A stretch of 63,827 bases of DNA, filler included, from Chiloscyllium plagiosum (lineage: Eukaryota): NCBI RefSeq assembly GCF_004010195.1. It is 6 parts of one record of this genome, joined end to end, with 100 filler letters (N's around TTAATTAATTAA, not from the genome) between each part and the next. Parts side by side here need not be neighbours in the genome. Positions count along the whole stretch, not along the records: positions 1 to 18,878 come from NC_057717.1; 5 more parts are not named here. One strand, written 5' to 3'. The first letter of the stretch is position 1; each line of letters opens with the position of its first letter. Below, in pieces: positions 1 to 12,599 of this stretch. The notes beneath the pieces are model-generated. The model saw nothing but the letters and a program-made list of their open reading frames with translations, had not been told where the DNA came from and did not search any database. The translations under genes and the position numbers were made by a program.

Positions 1-284
1 GAAAAGACTGTAATTTATAAACTTCAGAACTTCAATAACTGCTCGGGCTCGAAATTATCACATGGAATAACCTGTTTCGGGACAAAGCCAAGAAAGTGCA
101 TAGGGATTAAAAATAATTGTCCTCCCGAGCAAAATAGTGAGTCGAAATTAGGTGAACAAAATTACCTCAACATTTGCTTGATAACTGGCTGCCTTGGACA
201 ACAAGGACAACCGGTTGCTCCGCAGAAGAACTAAGAATTATGTGAAGTAAGCTGTGACTTCAAACAGGTAGTCTTATGCCGAAT

Positions 285-552
285 GTGAGGTGACGTGAGA
301 GTGATAGCCCTTAACATCAAGGCTGTATTCGAACAAGTGTGACATCTAAAAGCTCCAGAAAAATTGCAATGGATGTGTAGCAGGGCGCAAACTGTCCTCT
401 AGTTGGAGTCACATCTGGGACATCGGAAGATGACCGTGTTTGTTGAATGGCCGTCCTCTGAGGTTCAGGACATCTCTGCAGGAGTCCCTCGGGTTAGTGT
501 CCTAGGTCCAATCATCGTCAGCTGCTTCATGAATGGCCTTCCCTCCATTGTG
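285..552 (+). mobile_element. LINE (CR1/L2-group, 'family B') reverse-transcriptase fragment, decayed
   Basis: Translates as VRVIALNIKAVF... and ...SAGVPRVSVLGPIIVSCFMNGLPSIV, matching the non-LTR RT motifs ALDIKAAFD and GVPQGSVLGP.IF..FINDL. Contains stops. Confidence 0.75.
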
Positions 553-1410
553 CTATGAAGGTGTAGGAGTGTACTGTGCATTTAAGACAGTGTAGGACGA
601 AGGAGTTCAGGAAACAACTCAACAACTTCAACATATCTCCTGTTTCAGTCGCGATGTATTCAGGGATGTTAAAGTCACCGCGATAGTAATTACCGGGTGA
701 CAATCTGGTCATGACCAAACTCAAGGAATGTGTCGACCAAAGCAATATGAAACTGTCTGATACCGAGAATAACAAAATTATGGTATTCCTCCGTTTGTCC
801 ATTCTTGAATTGCTTTGCCTCTCAGTTCTGTGGCCCTGGAATCCACTGCGAGTCCTATTCGCCACGACAACACGGTGGATGGTTAAAGAATTAAACAAGA
901 AAATTAGGAGAAATGGAAGCCAAGCAACCCAGGTGCTGTAGAACCAAACAAAAGTTATCCCGGGAGATGAAGCAAAGAAAGTTACACTTGACTGGCAGCC
1001 CCATTCAATTTTATTAATGATTTGCACTGGTTCATATGCAAACAAAACTGGGATGTTCTTTAATAAGGTCAGAACGGAGACGATTATTAATATTGTGATT
1101 GCAGTTTTTTCAGTGCAATGTTTGGTCTTAAACTTCTGACAGCAGATCACCACAAATCTGTCAAATGTGAAGGAAACGGTGAACCAAACAGTTAGATCCA
1201 GACCGATGGTTATCATGTATATAATGAGCATGCACACAGGTGTGTGGGACAAGAAGGAAAATGGGAAGTGATTACTCAAAATACGATATACTATAATACT
1301 ATTGATAATAACCAATAGATCCGACGTTGCCATGGCTACCATGTAAGCCGAGATGCAGTTGGACAGACCACAGTTTCCTCGGAGGAGAATTAAAATAGTC
1401 ATCACGTTCG
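527..1410 (-). CDS. GPR139/GPR142-like orphan class-A GPCR, paralog 1, exon 2 (TM1-TM7; end of TM7 and tail replaced, probably non-functional)
   Basis: Acceptor tttgtttatctgacAG|CG AAC GTG (AG at 1412-1411). Motifs: ANVMTILIL..GNCGLS, YMVAMATSDLLV (TM2), FTVSFTFDRF (DRY equivalent), LPFLLIFLFN (TM5), FILLW (TM6). After CFLN it reads SFVLH instead of PCIY. Spliced product 317 aa. Confidence 0.88.
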
Positions 1411-1442
1411 CTGTCAGATAAACAAAAATGTTCGTTAATATT

Positions 1443-1524
1443 GCAATTCATGATTGAAGCAGAGGTGAAGATACTTATTAAGAGCAATTCATGATTGAAG
1501 CAGAGGTGAAGATACTTATTAAGA
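1443..1524. repeat. Perfect 41-bp tandem duplication in the GPCR paralog 1 intron
   Basis: gcaattcatgattgaagcagaggtgaagatacttattaaga at 1443 and 1484. The related segment is single-copy in paralogs 2 and 3. Confidence 0.95.
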
Positions 1525-1826
1525 GCATTTGAACACATTCTGAGTGAGTTATAAACTGCAAAATTTACCCAAACATTTAACATGCTGTTCCTGTTTCATT
1601 CCACATGGGATTCTCGGACTGTCTGAAGATCAACAAACATATTTTCCGAGTACATTCATTTGAATTATTATTATTAAACCACTAAAGCTTCCAGAAAAAA
1701 AGGGAAAAGGTAAAAGTGCACTAACACGATTCTCGATGTTGATCTGGAAGCACTGAGACATACAGCATGTGGCATTAACAAGGAAAAATTAAAATCAATT
1801 AAATACAAACGGGTCGAATGGCTCAC

Positions 1827-1896
1827 CTGGAAGACTAACAGCTGCGAGAAGCGGATAGTAAAACTCCTTCAACAGGAAAACCGGTGGTTTTGCCAT
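1827..1896 (-). CDS. GPCR paralog 1, exon 1 (MAKPPVFLLKEFYYPLLAAVSLP + G)
   Basis: 70-nt exon, ATG at 1896, donor CCAG|gtgagc. The phase-1 join gives ...SLP-A-NVMT, continuous TM1. Conserved in paralog 2. Confidence 0.88.
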
Positions 1897-2589
1897 TTCT
1901 GAGAATGCATTACCTCAGCAGAGGCTGAAGGTCGGTGACTGGTGTGTGGCCAAGGTATGGAAAGGTAATGTGCATTTTTACATGCATCAGACCTCTAGAG
2001 ATGCAATTATCTCAAATCATCACTGATTCTACTCACATTCACCTGTGAAGCTAAAACAAACTTTTCTTTTTCATAATATCCTAAATAGAATATAATCTGC
2101 ACCTGGCATCGTTGACTTCACTTCCATTGCCTTCTCTGTTCATTGGATTCTAATCTCATGTACTTTACCTCATTTCTGAATTTAGACGGTTTTCCGTTGC
2201 GTGAAATAATACTGCCTTGGAAATTGGCATCTACGTTTTTTGTCATCGATCCCTTTATCGACTGAGCTCTTCTCTGGCCAATTGCTAATTGTTATGCCAG
2301 TAATGCACACCATAGCTCATCACAGTCTAACCACTGTCCAGTTTCTGAAATCGAATACTCAGTCGTGATTAATGGACAAGGGAATACTAAATGATTGATT
2401 ACCATCCTGGAGATTGACTGCTCTCCACATCCTATTCAACAAAACCAGTAATTCTAAGAATGCCACACTCTCAACCAGCAACACATTCTATTCAAGCTGA
2501 AAATTGATGTAGTCCATCTCGTAGCCTGGGTATGAAAACCGAGCACTTGAATGAATCTCAGTGCTTCTTTCAGAAAACACAATGAAAAA

Positions 2590-4570
2590 ACGAATGTTTC
2601 AGAATATGGAGGAGGAACGGAAAATTAACACATCAGGAGAGAAGTCGTGTCAGAGAAATTAATTGGGCCACATAATCTCCTGGTCCTAATACATTACAGG
2701 AGAAATTGAGGACTGCAGATGCTGGAGATCAGAGCTGAAAATGTGTTGCTGGAAAAGCGCAGCAGGTCAGGCAGCATCCAAGGAGCAGGAGAATCGACGT
2801 TTCGGGCATGAGCCCTTCTTCCTGAAGAAGTGCTCGTGCCCGAAACGTCGATTCTCCTGCTCCTTGGATGCTGCCTGACCTGCTGCGCCTTTCCCGATAA
2901 ATTACACCCTGGAATTCGAAAATATGTAACTACAGATGTAGTAGGTGCATTGGTTTTAATTTTTCAAATAGAAAATAAAAGATAAGCACATGGATGATTT
3001 TGGGATAGTGGAGGGGGACGAGCTGAGAATAGTTCACAGGTCGGCTCAACATCGAGGGCCGAAGGGCCTGTTCTGCGCTGTACTGTTCTCTGCTCTGTGT
3101 TCTATGTTCGAGAAACTGAATTCGGAAAGAGTCCCGGAGGATTCAAAACCTGCCAATGTGTCATACTTTTTGGGGAAAAAAAGGGAACGTGACCAAACCT
3201 TGTTAACCGTGAGCCAATCTGCTGACCATCTCTTGTTGAAAACAAATGCAGCAGACTCAACTGTTCATTAAAGAATAGCGATCCATTTGGAAAGTCACAG
3301 GTTAATCAAGCAAAATTATTGTGTCTCCAGAAAAATAAATCAATTTCTGAAAACTTCCTTCGACCTTTTCGATGAAGCCCTAAACCATAATCGAAAGAAA
3401 GAGAAACAGTCAAAGCAGAGCGTTCAAACTACCAGAATGTGTTTCACAGGGAACCATGCTAAAAAGGCGAAGACACAGGTGTCCATGGTCTCAGAGATAG
3501 GAATATCGGCATAGCTTGAGAATTTGGTATTTGGCAGGAAATAGCAAATGGTCTTCAGGAGTTATTTTTAGAAATGGCGATCTTTATTGATACGGGTTCA
3601 ACAGGGGTCAGTCCTGGTACTACACGTGTTTTGGAATCTTTATTAATGATTTGCAGGAAGTAAAGGGAAAGCACTTTTGCCAATTTTCGGACAACACAAC
3701 AACAGGTGACAAGGCAAATTCTAATTCACAACCCATCTACAGAGAGGCAATGATGGATTAAGTAAGTGGTCAAAAAATGTCCAATTGAATAAAAAATGGG
3801 AAAAAAAAGGTTTTCATGTTGAAAGGGAGAACAAGAAAACGACGAATTATTCAAATGAAAATAACAGAACAGGGCTCATAAATGCTTGAGAATACATCTG
3901 CATGAAACATAGAAATGCACAGAGAGGTGCAAGAGATAATCAGGAAAACTAATTGAATTTTGGCCCAAATTTCGAAAGGGTTTTGTAAGAAGAATATGTA
4001 ATATTTACTGCGAAGTGCTGGTGGGACCACGTCCGGATTACTGTGAACAACTTCCGCCTCCTTATATTCAGAAAATATGTTAGTTCTTTCGAGACAGTTC
4101 ACACAATTTCAGATACTCAACCCCGGTGTAAGAATTTGGTGAATGTGCAAAAGCTAAACCTGTTGGGAACCTTCTCCAAGATGTTTATAATTATGAGAGG
4201 TGAAGTCATTGACATTTGTAGAATTCTGAAGGGACTTGACGAGGTAAATGCTGAGAATGCGATTTCTGTCATCGCAGAGTCTCGCATCAAATGATTTTGG
4301 ATCCAAATAAAGGCAATTCATTTTAAGACTCAGATAAGATGGAAATTCGTCTCACAAACGATTGTGTCTCGGAACCCCTTGCCACAGAAAGCTGCAGGAC
4401 AGAGTCCACGCTTCTATTTGAGGCTGAAACAGATAGATTCTGATCACGAAGGGAATCATTCATTACGGGGAAAGGCAAGGAATGGAAGGTGAACAGTATT
4501 GGGTCGTTCATGCTCCTGATGTATGTCAGAGTCAACTCTAGAAGCAGTATGTTCCATTGTTGTTTATACT
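2590..4570 (+). mobile_element. Old decayed CR1 LINE (RT through 3' UTR) with nested insertions
   Basis: ERVPEDSKPANV (CR1 VPEDWR.ANV), GVQQGSVL-like RT motif, LVGPRPDYCEQ, and EVIDICRILKGLDEVNAE (CR1 GDLIE.YKIL.GLD.VD). A 3' tail of a younger CR1 is nested at ~2978-3109. Confidence 0.75.
2699..2900. mobile_element. Fold-back non-autonomous PLE-derived element (family A terminus) with hammerhead core
   Basis: 71-bp inverted arms at 2751-2821 and 2824-2894 with 3 mismatches. CTGAAGA-AGTGCTCGTGCCC-GAAA-CGTC at 2822-2849. Flanked by ATTACA (2693-2698, 2901-2906). Confidence 0.8.
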
Positions 4571-4744
4571 TCCTGCGACCTAATCGCCTTAATATGTGTG
4601 AAGTATAGCCTCAAACAGTTGTAGTAAATATTTGGTTGTTTTGCCCATTGCCAGGAAGTGAGTTACTTTCTTGTTTTTGCAGCATGAACTGGTTAAGTAT
4701 TCCCTTCATGAACAACTCTCCAATCCCCATGAGATTACTGGATA

Positions 4745-5780
4745 TAAGTTTGCTCACTGAGCGGCAAAGTTCGCTTTCAGACGTTACGTCACCATACGAG
4801 GTAACATCATCAGTGAGCCTCCGGTGAAGCGCTGGAGTTGTGGACCGCATTCTATTTATGTGCTTAGGTTTCCTTGGGCTGGTGTTGTCATTTCTTGTGG
4901 TGATGCCATTTCCTGTGCTTTTTCTCAGAAAATGTTGGAATGCAGCTTCGTGTTAATGTTGGGATGATCGCTCCTTCCCTTCTGTATTTGGTCCGTATGT
5001 GTTGTTTTCCTGTAGATGTCGGTTTGAAGTTCTCCCTTAGACTGTTCATTCTACTGTGACATATAGGAATGGCACATTATTGTGGTTTTCCCAAACGTTT
5101 TCCTCTTCTTCCAAAAATGAAGCTGCATTAGTCCGTTATTCCAACCAGCCACCACACACTGCAGCACAGAGGGACTACCACCAGCAGGAGAAAACCGCAC
5201 TTCCACCGTATTCAAAAAGAATGTGTACCCAATGAGCACAGTCCGTCGATGTCTCAGCAACGAAACCAAAGAAGCAGACAAAACACTCCCAGAAATCTTG
5301 GGCACACTCCCCTTCATTAAACACATCTTAGAAATGACTGCCCGATCCTTCATTTGGCATCATGGCAGCCCAAAATCCCACCAACACACTAAAACAGCAG
5401 CTAATGAACTTGAAAAGCTGGATACAGATGACAAGTAAAATGAACGTCATTTGCGAAAGACTATTTTGGACAAACAAGCGGAAAGCTAGCCTCCAGGATA
5501 CATGAACATCAACTTGCCACGAAAAACATACCCAACTATCACTAGTGTCTATACATACAGATAAGGAAAAACACCACTTCGACTGGGACAATATATCCAT
5601 TCTCGGACAAGCCAAACAGAGACACTCACGAGATTCCTAGAAGCGTGGCATTCCAACAGGAACTCTATTGACAAAAACAACGATTGCGATCCCACTTATT
5701 ACCCTTTGAGATACAGAACAGGAAATGACATCACCAACGCAGGAAATGGAATCACCACAGGAAGTAGCAGTGTTACCCAC
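4745..5780. mobile_element. Penelope-like element remnant: inverted pseudo-LTR (~4745-4930, -) plus RT-thumb/GIY-YIG 3' part (~5130-5780, +)
   Basis: + strand gives VFKKN.YP, TLPFIKHI.E, GQTSGKLASRIHEHQLAT and HHFDWDNISILGQAKQRHSRDFLEAWHS. - strand has an HHR-like CTGATGA..GTAA CGTC at 4778-4816. Confidence 0.8.
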
Positions 5781-5839
5781 GGTGGTCGAATAGCCAGCAC
5801 AGAATCAGACAACTGAAGAATTCCAGGAAGTATATACTG

Positions 5840-6405
5840 GGATTTCTCCTGTCTGTGTGATAACAAGGCCACAAACCCACCAGTTGAAACAGAAGCAAAA
5901 ATCACAGAATACAGATAAGGAAGTTGAAGTTGAATTATAAGAGGCCATGCTTGACCCAGTGACTCAATCAGAAAAGGAATAAGTGAAGGAAAAAGCGGAT
6001 AGTTTTCTTGCAAAGCAATTAACTCAGTCACAACAAGAAGCTGAAAAAACTGAAGCAATTTTAACAAATAGCGTTGACAGACAAACATCTGAGTATATTC
6101 CCGAATGTTACGATCTTTAAAATGATATCCTGATGAGGAAATGCAAACTATCAAATATCATGCAGATGAGAAATAGGCCGAGGTTCATCAAGTTGTATTA
6201 CCATGGGGTTATAGACAGGCGGTATTGCATGTAGCACATGAATTAACAATACAAGTTCATTCAGTATTTAAGAAAGCCTCAAGCGAAAGAAAAAAAGCAT
6301 TTCTCCTGGCCTGGACTACAGGGTGTGGTTGACCTTTTTCTGTACTTGGCATACATTTCAGGTATTTGAAAAAACTCAGGCAGTAATAAAACCAGCATAC
6401 CATTT
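5840..6405 (+). mobile_element. Gypsy LTR retrotransposon (Gmr1-like) integrase N-terminal fragment, decayed
   Basis: Reads ...NDILMRK...AEVHQVVLPWGYRQAVLHVAHE....HSVFKK...HFSWPGL, the integrase zinc-binding HHCC region (QIVVP..YR..VL..AH....GH.G..KT...FYWPGL). Confidence 0.7.
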
Positions 6406-6729
6406 CAATCTTGTGTTTTTTTCTCGTGAAGGTAGATATAGGGGAATGGTGTGCTCACTATTCGTGTCAGGTAAATAAGTTGTTATTTGTGTATCCCAAA
6501 ATGCGTGTCAGGGATTTATTTCACTTAACTATGAGAAGTTGCTGAAAAACAGGATGGCACCACTTTTCATAGTCCTTTTAAAACATTATAGGGCATGACA
6601 CTCCCCTTAGAGTGATTCAGTTTTTCTTCCCAGAAGCACGGTCATTCTCCTTTACATACCACAAAGGCCGCAGATGTGGAGCTTGGAACACCTTTTCTGC
6701 AATGAACAAAATCAGGAGTCAGAAAGAAA

Positions 6730-7215
6730 ACTTTCAAATTGCCTGGATGTGTGTAGCTCCGAAGCCAGTCAAGAAGTTCACCACTCTCCAGGAAAAAGCA
6801 GCCCACTTATTTGGTATGACATGCACATGCATCCACTCCCCCCTCCATCAACTCGCAATCGCAGCAGTACATACCACCTACAAGACACACTGCAGACATT
6901 CACCAAGAATCCTCAGTCATCACGTTCCATCACGTTCCATGACCATTTCCAAGTAAATAGACAAGGGCAGCACATGTATGGGAGTGCCAACATCTTCACA
7001 ATCCCCTCCAAGCCACTCACAACCCTCACAACCCATTCCTTCACCTTCGCTGTGTGAAAACCGTGGGATTCCCTCCTCAATAGCATTGTGATCAACCCAC
7101 TGTAGATGAGATGCAAATGTTCAAAGGAACAGCAGACCACCACCTTCTCAAGGGCAACTAGAGCTGTTTAATACATGCTGGCTGAACTGAAATGCCGACA
7201 TCCCACAAATGAAAA
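6730..7215 (+). mobile_element. LINE family B 3' end
   Basis: AWMCVAPKPVKKFTTLQEKAAHL..IHSPLHQLAIAAV.T.YK.HC resembles the C-terminal domain of L2/CR1-group RTs. Ends with caccaccttctcaagggcaactag..., a 3' UTR typical of fish LINEs. Confidence 0.7.
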
Positions 7216-7547
7216 ACGACATGCATGAAGGACAGGGGCCTTATTTCTGATCAGAAAGCGAGCTGCAGACTTGAGAACGCTGATAAAGTAACTAATCATT
7301 TGAATGAAAGAATCTGAATGATTATCAACACTATGTCTCTATAGACTGAAGAACGGATTTCTGTATAATAGGACAACAACAGAATTCATCGATAGCTGAA
7401 CTCTGGAGAAGAGCATTGCACAGGGATATATCAATGGACACCAAAGACAGACAGTGTTGGTTAGCATCATACTTTTAACCTAACATAAATAGCTAACGTA
7501 GGTTCTGAGTCATAACTTTCTCACTTCAGGATTCTGAGCTTTGTTGC

Positions 7548-8100
7548 TATATAGCTGTCGCTGTACAGGACTTTAGTTAGGCCACATTTGGAACTACTGT
7601 GTGCAGTTCTAGTCGCCTCACTTTAGGGAAGATGTGGAAGCTTTGGAGAGGGTGCAGAGAAGATTTACCAGGATGTTGCCTGGAATTGACAATAGGTCGT
7701 ACGAGGATAGGTTGAGATCGCTAGGCCTTTTCTCGTTGGAACGGCGAAGGATGAGGGGTGACTTGATAGAGGTTGATAGGATGATCAGAAGAATAGATAG
7801 AGTAGACAGTCAGAAACTTTTTCCCCGGGTACAACAGAGTGTTACAAGGGGACATAAATTTAAGGTGAAGGGTGGAAGGTATAGGGGAGATGTCAGGGGT
7901 AGGTTCTTTACCCAGAGAGTGGTGGGGGCATGGAATGCGCTGCCTGTGGGAGTGGCAGAGTCAGAATCTTTGGTGACTTTTTAGCGGCAATTGGATAGGT
8001 ACATGGATGGGTGCTTAACCTAGGACAAATGTTCGGCACAACATCGTGGGCCGAAGGGCCTGTTCTGTGCTGTATTGTTCTATGTTCTACGTTCTGTATG
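7548..8100 (+). mobile_element. CR1 LINE 3' fragment
   Basis: [30 protein letters not shown] and RRRMRGDLIEV. Ends in gggccgaagggcctgtt plus (gttctat)n-like tail. Confidence 0.92.
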
Positions 8101-8707
8101 CAATAAAGTTGAAGTAATTGTCTCAGCATTTGAATGACTGTGAGGTTTCTTAATAAGTAGCCAAAGTAAATGCAAATTGGGGTAATTTACATCAAGGCTC
8201 TTTTTCCAAAATAAATTGTTAAGGGACAATGACAAACTGACATACAGGAATTGAAAGCAATTAGCTGTTTCTGGGATGCAACATATGGTTGCTGCTTTCT
8301 GCAAGACGCAATACCGTTGCTTGATAACCTGCTGGCTCATTAGTATTGGTTATATTAGATCGTCTGGGGAAGAAATGCTCTGAGGCAAAGGGATTAAGTG
8401 AATCGAAACCTGTGCTTCAAAGTGATATTCAATACCGAAGGTACAATGTAACAGGGGAGCTACTTCTGATATGAAAGCAAGCTGCAAACTTGGTGGCTCC
8501 ATCGGAATGAACAATAAAATGAATGAACGTGTTGAAATGACCATCCACAGTTTCACACGAGAGACGGTATGGAAAGAAAATTGCATAAGAATATAATTTC
8601 AGGATGCCTCAGTCTCAGACATTCACAGAACAATATGGTTTAACAATCAAACAGTCGGTAAATTCAAAGGCAGGCAGCATTACTTGGAATCGGAGCTAAA
8701 TTCCTCC

Positions 8708-10468
8708 ACAATTTGGGAAGAAGGTAGGGCCGATCAGGGATAGCGGAGGGAACTTGTGTGTGGAGTCTGAGCAGATAGGGGAAGCCCTAAATGAGTTTTT
8801 TGCTTCAATTTTCACCAAGGAAAGCGAACTTGCACTAAATGAAAACTTTGAGGAGCTGTGATACAGTCTTGACCAGATCAAGATTGATGAGGTTGAGGTG
8901 CTGGAATTTTTGGAAAGCATTAAGATTGATAATTCCCCAGGTCCAAACCAGATTTATCCCAGGCTGCTCCGGGAAGGGAGAAAGGAGGTTGTTAAGCCGC
9001 TGGCGTGGATATTTGCCCCTTCACTCTCCACGGGAGTCATACCGGAGGATTGGAGGGAGGCGAATGCTGTTCCTCTTTTCAAGAAGGGTAATAGGGAAAT
9101 CCCTGACAATTACAGACCAGTCAGTCTTTCGACTGTGGTCAGTAAGGTTTTGGAAAGAATTTTCAGGATTTGGATTTATGACTATTTGGCAAAGCATAGT
9201 GTGATTAAAGGCAGTCATTGTGGTTTTGTGAGGGGCAGGTCATGCATCACAAATCTTATTGAGTTCTTCGAGGAGGTGACAAGACAGATCGATGAAGATC
9301 GAGGGGTGGATGTGGCATATATTGACTTCAGCAAGGCATATGATAAGGTTCACCTTGGTAGGGTCATTCATAAAGTCCGCAAGTATGGGATACACGGAGA
9401 TTTGGCTATCTGGATTCCGAATTGGCTGGCTGAAGCCAGAGAGTGGTTGTAGATGGAAAGTATTCTGCCTGGAGGTCAGTGTTGAGTGGGGTACCGCAGG
9501 GCTCTGTTCTTGAGACACTGCACTTTGTAGTTTTTATAAATGCCTTGCATGAGGAGATTGAGGGGTGGGTGAGTAAATGTGCAGATGACATAAAGTTTGG
9601 AGGTGTCGTCGATAGTAAAGAGGGCAACTGCAGGCTGCAGCACGACATAGACAGGATGCAGTGCTGGGCTGAGAAATGGCAGATGGAGTTCAACCTGGAT
9701 AAATGTGAAATGATGCATTTTGGAAGATTGAACTTGAATGCTGATTTTAGGACTGAAGACAGGATTCTTGGCAGTGTGGAGGAACAGAGGGATCTGGGAG
9801 TGCGAGTACATAGATGCCCCAACGTTGCCACCAAAGTGGATAGGGTTGTTAAGAAAGCATATGGTGTTTTGGCTTTCATTAACAGGAGTATCGAATTTAA
9901 GAACATCGAGGTTTTGCGATAGCTCTACAAGTCCCTGGTGAGACTGCACTTGGAATATTGTGTCCAGTTCTGGTCACCCCACTATAGGAAAGAAAAACAG
10001 GCTTTGGAGGGCATGCAAAGAAGGTTTACCAGGATGCTGCCTGGACTGGAGGGCTTGCCTTATAAAGAAAAGTTGAATAAGCTCGGACTTTTCTCTCTGG
10101 AGAGAAGGAGGAAGAGAGGTGACCTGATCGAGGTATACAAGATAATGGGTGGAATAGATAGAGTCAATAGCCAGAGACTTTTCCCCAGGGCAGAACTGAC
10201 TGTTATGAAGTGTCATCGTTTGAAGATATTAGGAGGAAGGTATAAAGGAGATGTCAGAGGTAGGTTATTTATGCAGAGAGTTGTGAATGCATGTAATGTG
10301 TTGCCAGCTGTGGTTGTTAGGGACATTTAAGCGACTGCTGTGCATGCACATGGATAGCAGTGAGTTGAGGGGTGCATAGGTTATGTTACTGTATTTTACG
10401 TTAGGATTAACCTCGGCACAACACCTTGGGTAAAGGCCCTCTTATGTGCAGTACTTTTCTATGTTCTA
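8708..10468 (+). mobile_element. CR1 LINE ORF2 (RT) fragment with frameshifts and 3' tail
   Basis: SPGPNQIYPRLL, IPEDWREANAVPLFKKG, NYRPVSL, YIDFSKAYDKV, GVPQGSVL, KCADD and LEYCVQFWSP across three ORFs. Confidence 0.95.
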
Positions 10469-11627
10469 AGAGTGAAATTCCACTCTCAGGCTGAACTTGC
10501 GGACTTAGGAGGTTTTATTTTGTTTGCTACGGCCTATAAAGTTGAAATACTTGTTTCAGTATTTGGTTGTCTGTGAAATTTCTTAAAGGAACTGACCAAT
10601 CGAAGGGAGCTTCGATAATTTGCATCTGACAAAGGGATTCATGACTGACTGGGAGAAGGTCTGCTAATGGCGTGCAGAAACATATCAGCCATGATTGTGT
10701 GGTGGATGAGCCGAATTTCTTAATTCTGTCTTGTGGTATAACGGTTGTCTGGGAGACAACTCTTCCCTGCGTCTCCAACACTTCTGATCATTGACTTCCA
10801 TTTGCACGATAATAATCAGCAAAGACTGGTTGGACAGAAGATTCTGCTTCCGCACTGTGTGACTCTGTTACTCTCTTACACATTCAGGTCAATTAACTGA
10901 AACCATAAGTGTATTGAAAATTATACCTGCAAGAAGGAAACCTAAATGCCCTTCCTCTGGTCACATATAAAGAAGCCAGCACTGTACAATTTCTGTCAGA
11001 CATCAAGGAGTGGGAATTAAGTATTATATTAAGACACTCAATGCGTTCAAGAAGTAGTCATGGGTATTTCTGAGGGACATCGGGGTGAAACGGCATCGGA
11101 AGAATGCGGGAAAAAAGCACTGAGGTGAAAGTTCACTCGTATTTTCGATATTTCCATGAATCTACGGTTCCGAAGCGCACTCATCACTGAATGCTTTAAT
11201 CATATGCCATGTGTACTGTGAGATAACTTTTAGAAATTGTCGGCTAAGTCTTTTTAATATTGTTTTCATCTCATTATTATGCAATCACCAGGCTACCAAG
11301 GAAGGGCATTTTGTTTGTTTGTTTTAGCTGTATACACCGTTTCAATGAGTTATTTTGTCAGACAGTCGAGATCCTTTCATGTAGTATTCACATAAAATGT
11401 GCAGTACACAAGTCTGCAACAGCAATGCCATTAATCATTTTCAAGACGTAAATAAACTTGACCGGGATTTTAAACTGGAGCATTGGATCTGTGTATCTGC
11501 AATGGATTAATTTATTAACACCTCAAATGTCGCCTCTAATGCCTTTTTTAAAAAACAAAGCATTGCTCTTTGAGATTACAGACAGTATATGCATGCAAAT
11601 GCAAAACTTTCAACTAAAAAAAATGAA

Positions 11628-12380
11628 AATTATACAATGAATGGAAGAGCCTTGGGAAAAGTTGATGAGCAGAGAGATCTGGGAGTGCAGGTCCATTGTA
11701 CCCTGCAGGTGGCTGCACAGGTGGATAGAGTGGTCAAGAAGGCATATGGTATGCTTGCCTTCATCGGACGGGGTATTGAGTATAAGAGCTGGCAAGCCAT
11801 GTTAAAATTTTACAGAGTTTGGTTCGGCTGCATTTAGAATACGGTGTACAGTTCTGGTCGCCACATTACCAAAAGGATGTGGACGCTTTGGAGAGGGTGC
11901 AGAGAAGGTTCATGAGGATGTTGCCTGGGATGTTGCTAGCTATGAAGAGAGGTTGAGTAGGTTAGGTTTATTTTCATTAATAAAAAGGAGATTGAGGGGA
12001 GACCTGATTGAGGTTTACAAAATCATGAAGGGTATAGACAGGGTGGATGGAGGCAAGAATTTTTCCCAAGGTGAGGGATTCAAGAACGAGAGGTCACACT
12101 TTCAAGGTGAGAGGTGGAAAGTTTAAGGGGGATACACGCAGTAAGTACTTCACACAGAGGGTGGTGCGCGTTTGGAACGTGTTGCCAGCAGAGGTGGTAG
12201 AGGCAGGCACGGTAGAATCATTTAAGATGTGTGTGGACAGATGCATGAGTAGGTGGGGAGCAGAGGGATACAGATGCTTAGGAATTGACCAGCAGATTTA
12301 GACAGTACATTTGGATCGGCTCAGGCTTGGGGGCCGAAGGGCCTTTTCCTGGGCTGTAAATTTTCTTTGTTTTTTGTTTT
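11628..12380 (+). mobile_element. CR1 LINE 3' fragment
   Basis: EQRDLGVQVH..QVDRVVKKAYGML and KYFTQRVVRVWNVLP. 3' UTR ggggccgaagggcc. Confidence 0.92.
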
Positions 12381-12599
12381 TGAAAAGCGGTATGTAAAAT
12401 CGACATTAAAGGTCCGATCAAACATCGAAGGAATATCTGCGTAAAGCATGTTTTTTGCACAAAAAAGTTTTGAATCGAAGGCAGCTTCGATGGTTTACAC
12501 ACAACAAAGCGGTTCAAGACTAACTCCAGAAGGTCTGCTCCATCCTGAGGGATGAAGGAAAATGACGTGATATTCAGTTTCAGCTACAAAGAGATTCGG

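Noticed and set aside
711..941. Conserved antisense ORF in both GPCR copies (also 12829-13059)
   Set aside because: A by-product of the duplicated sense CDS, with no independent signal.
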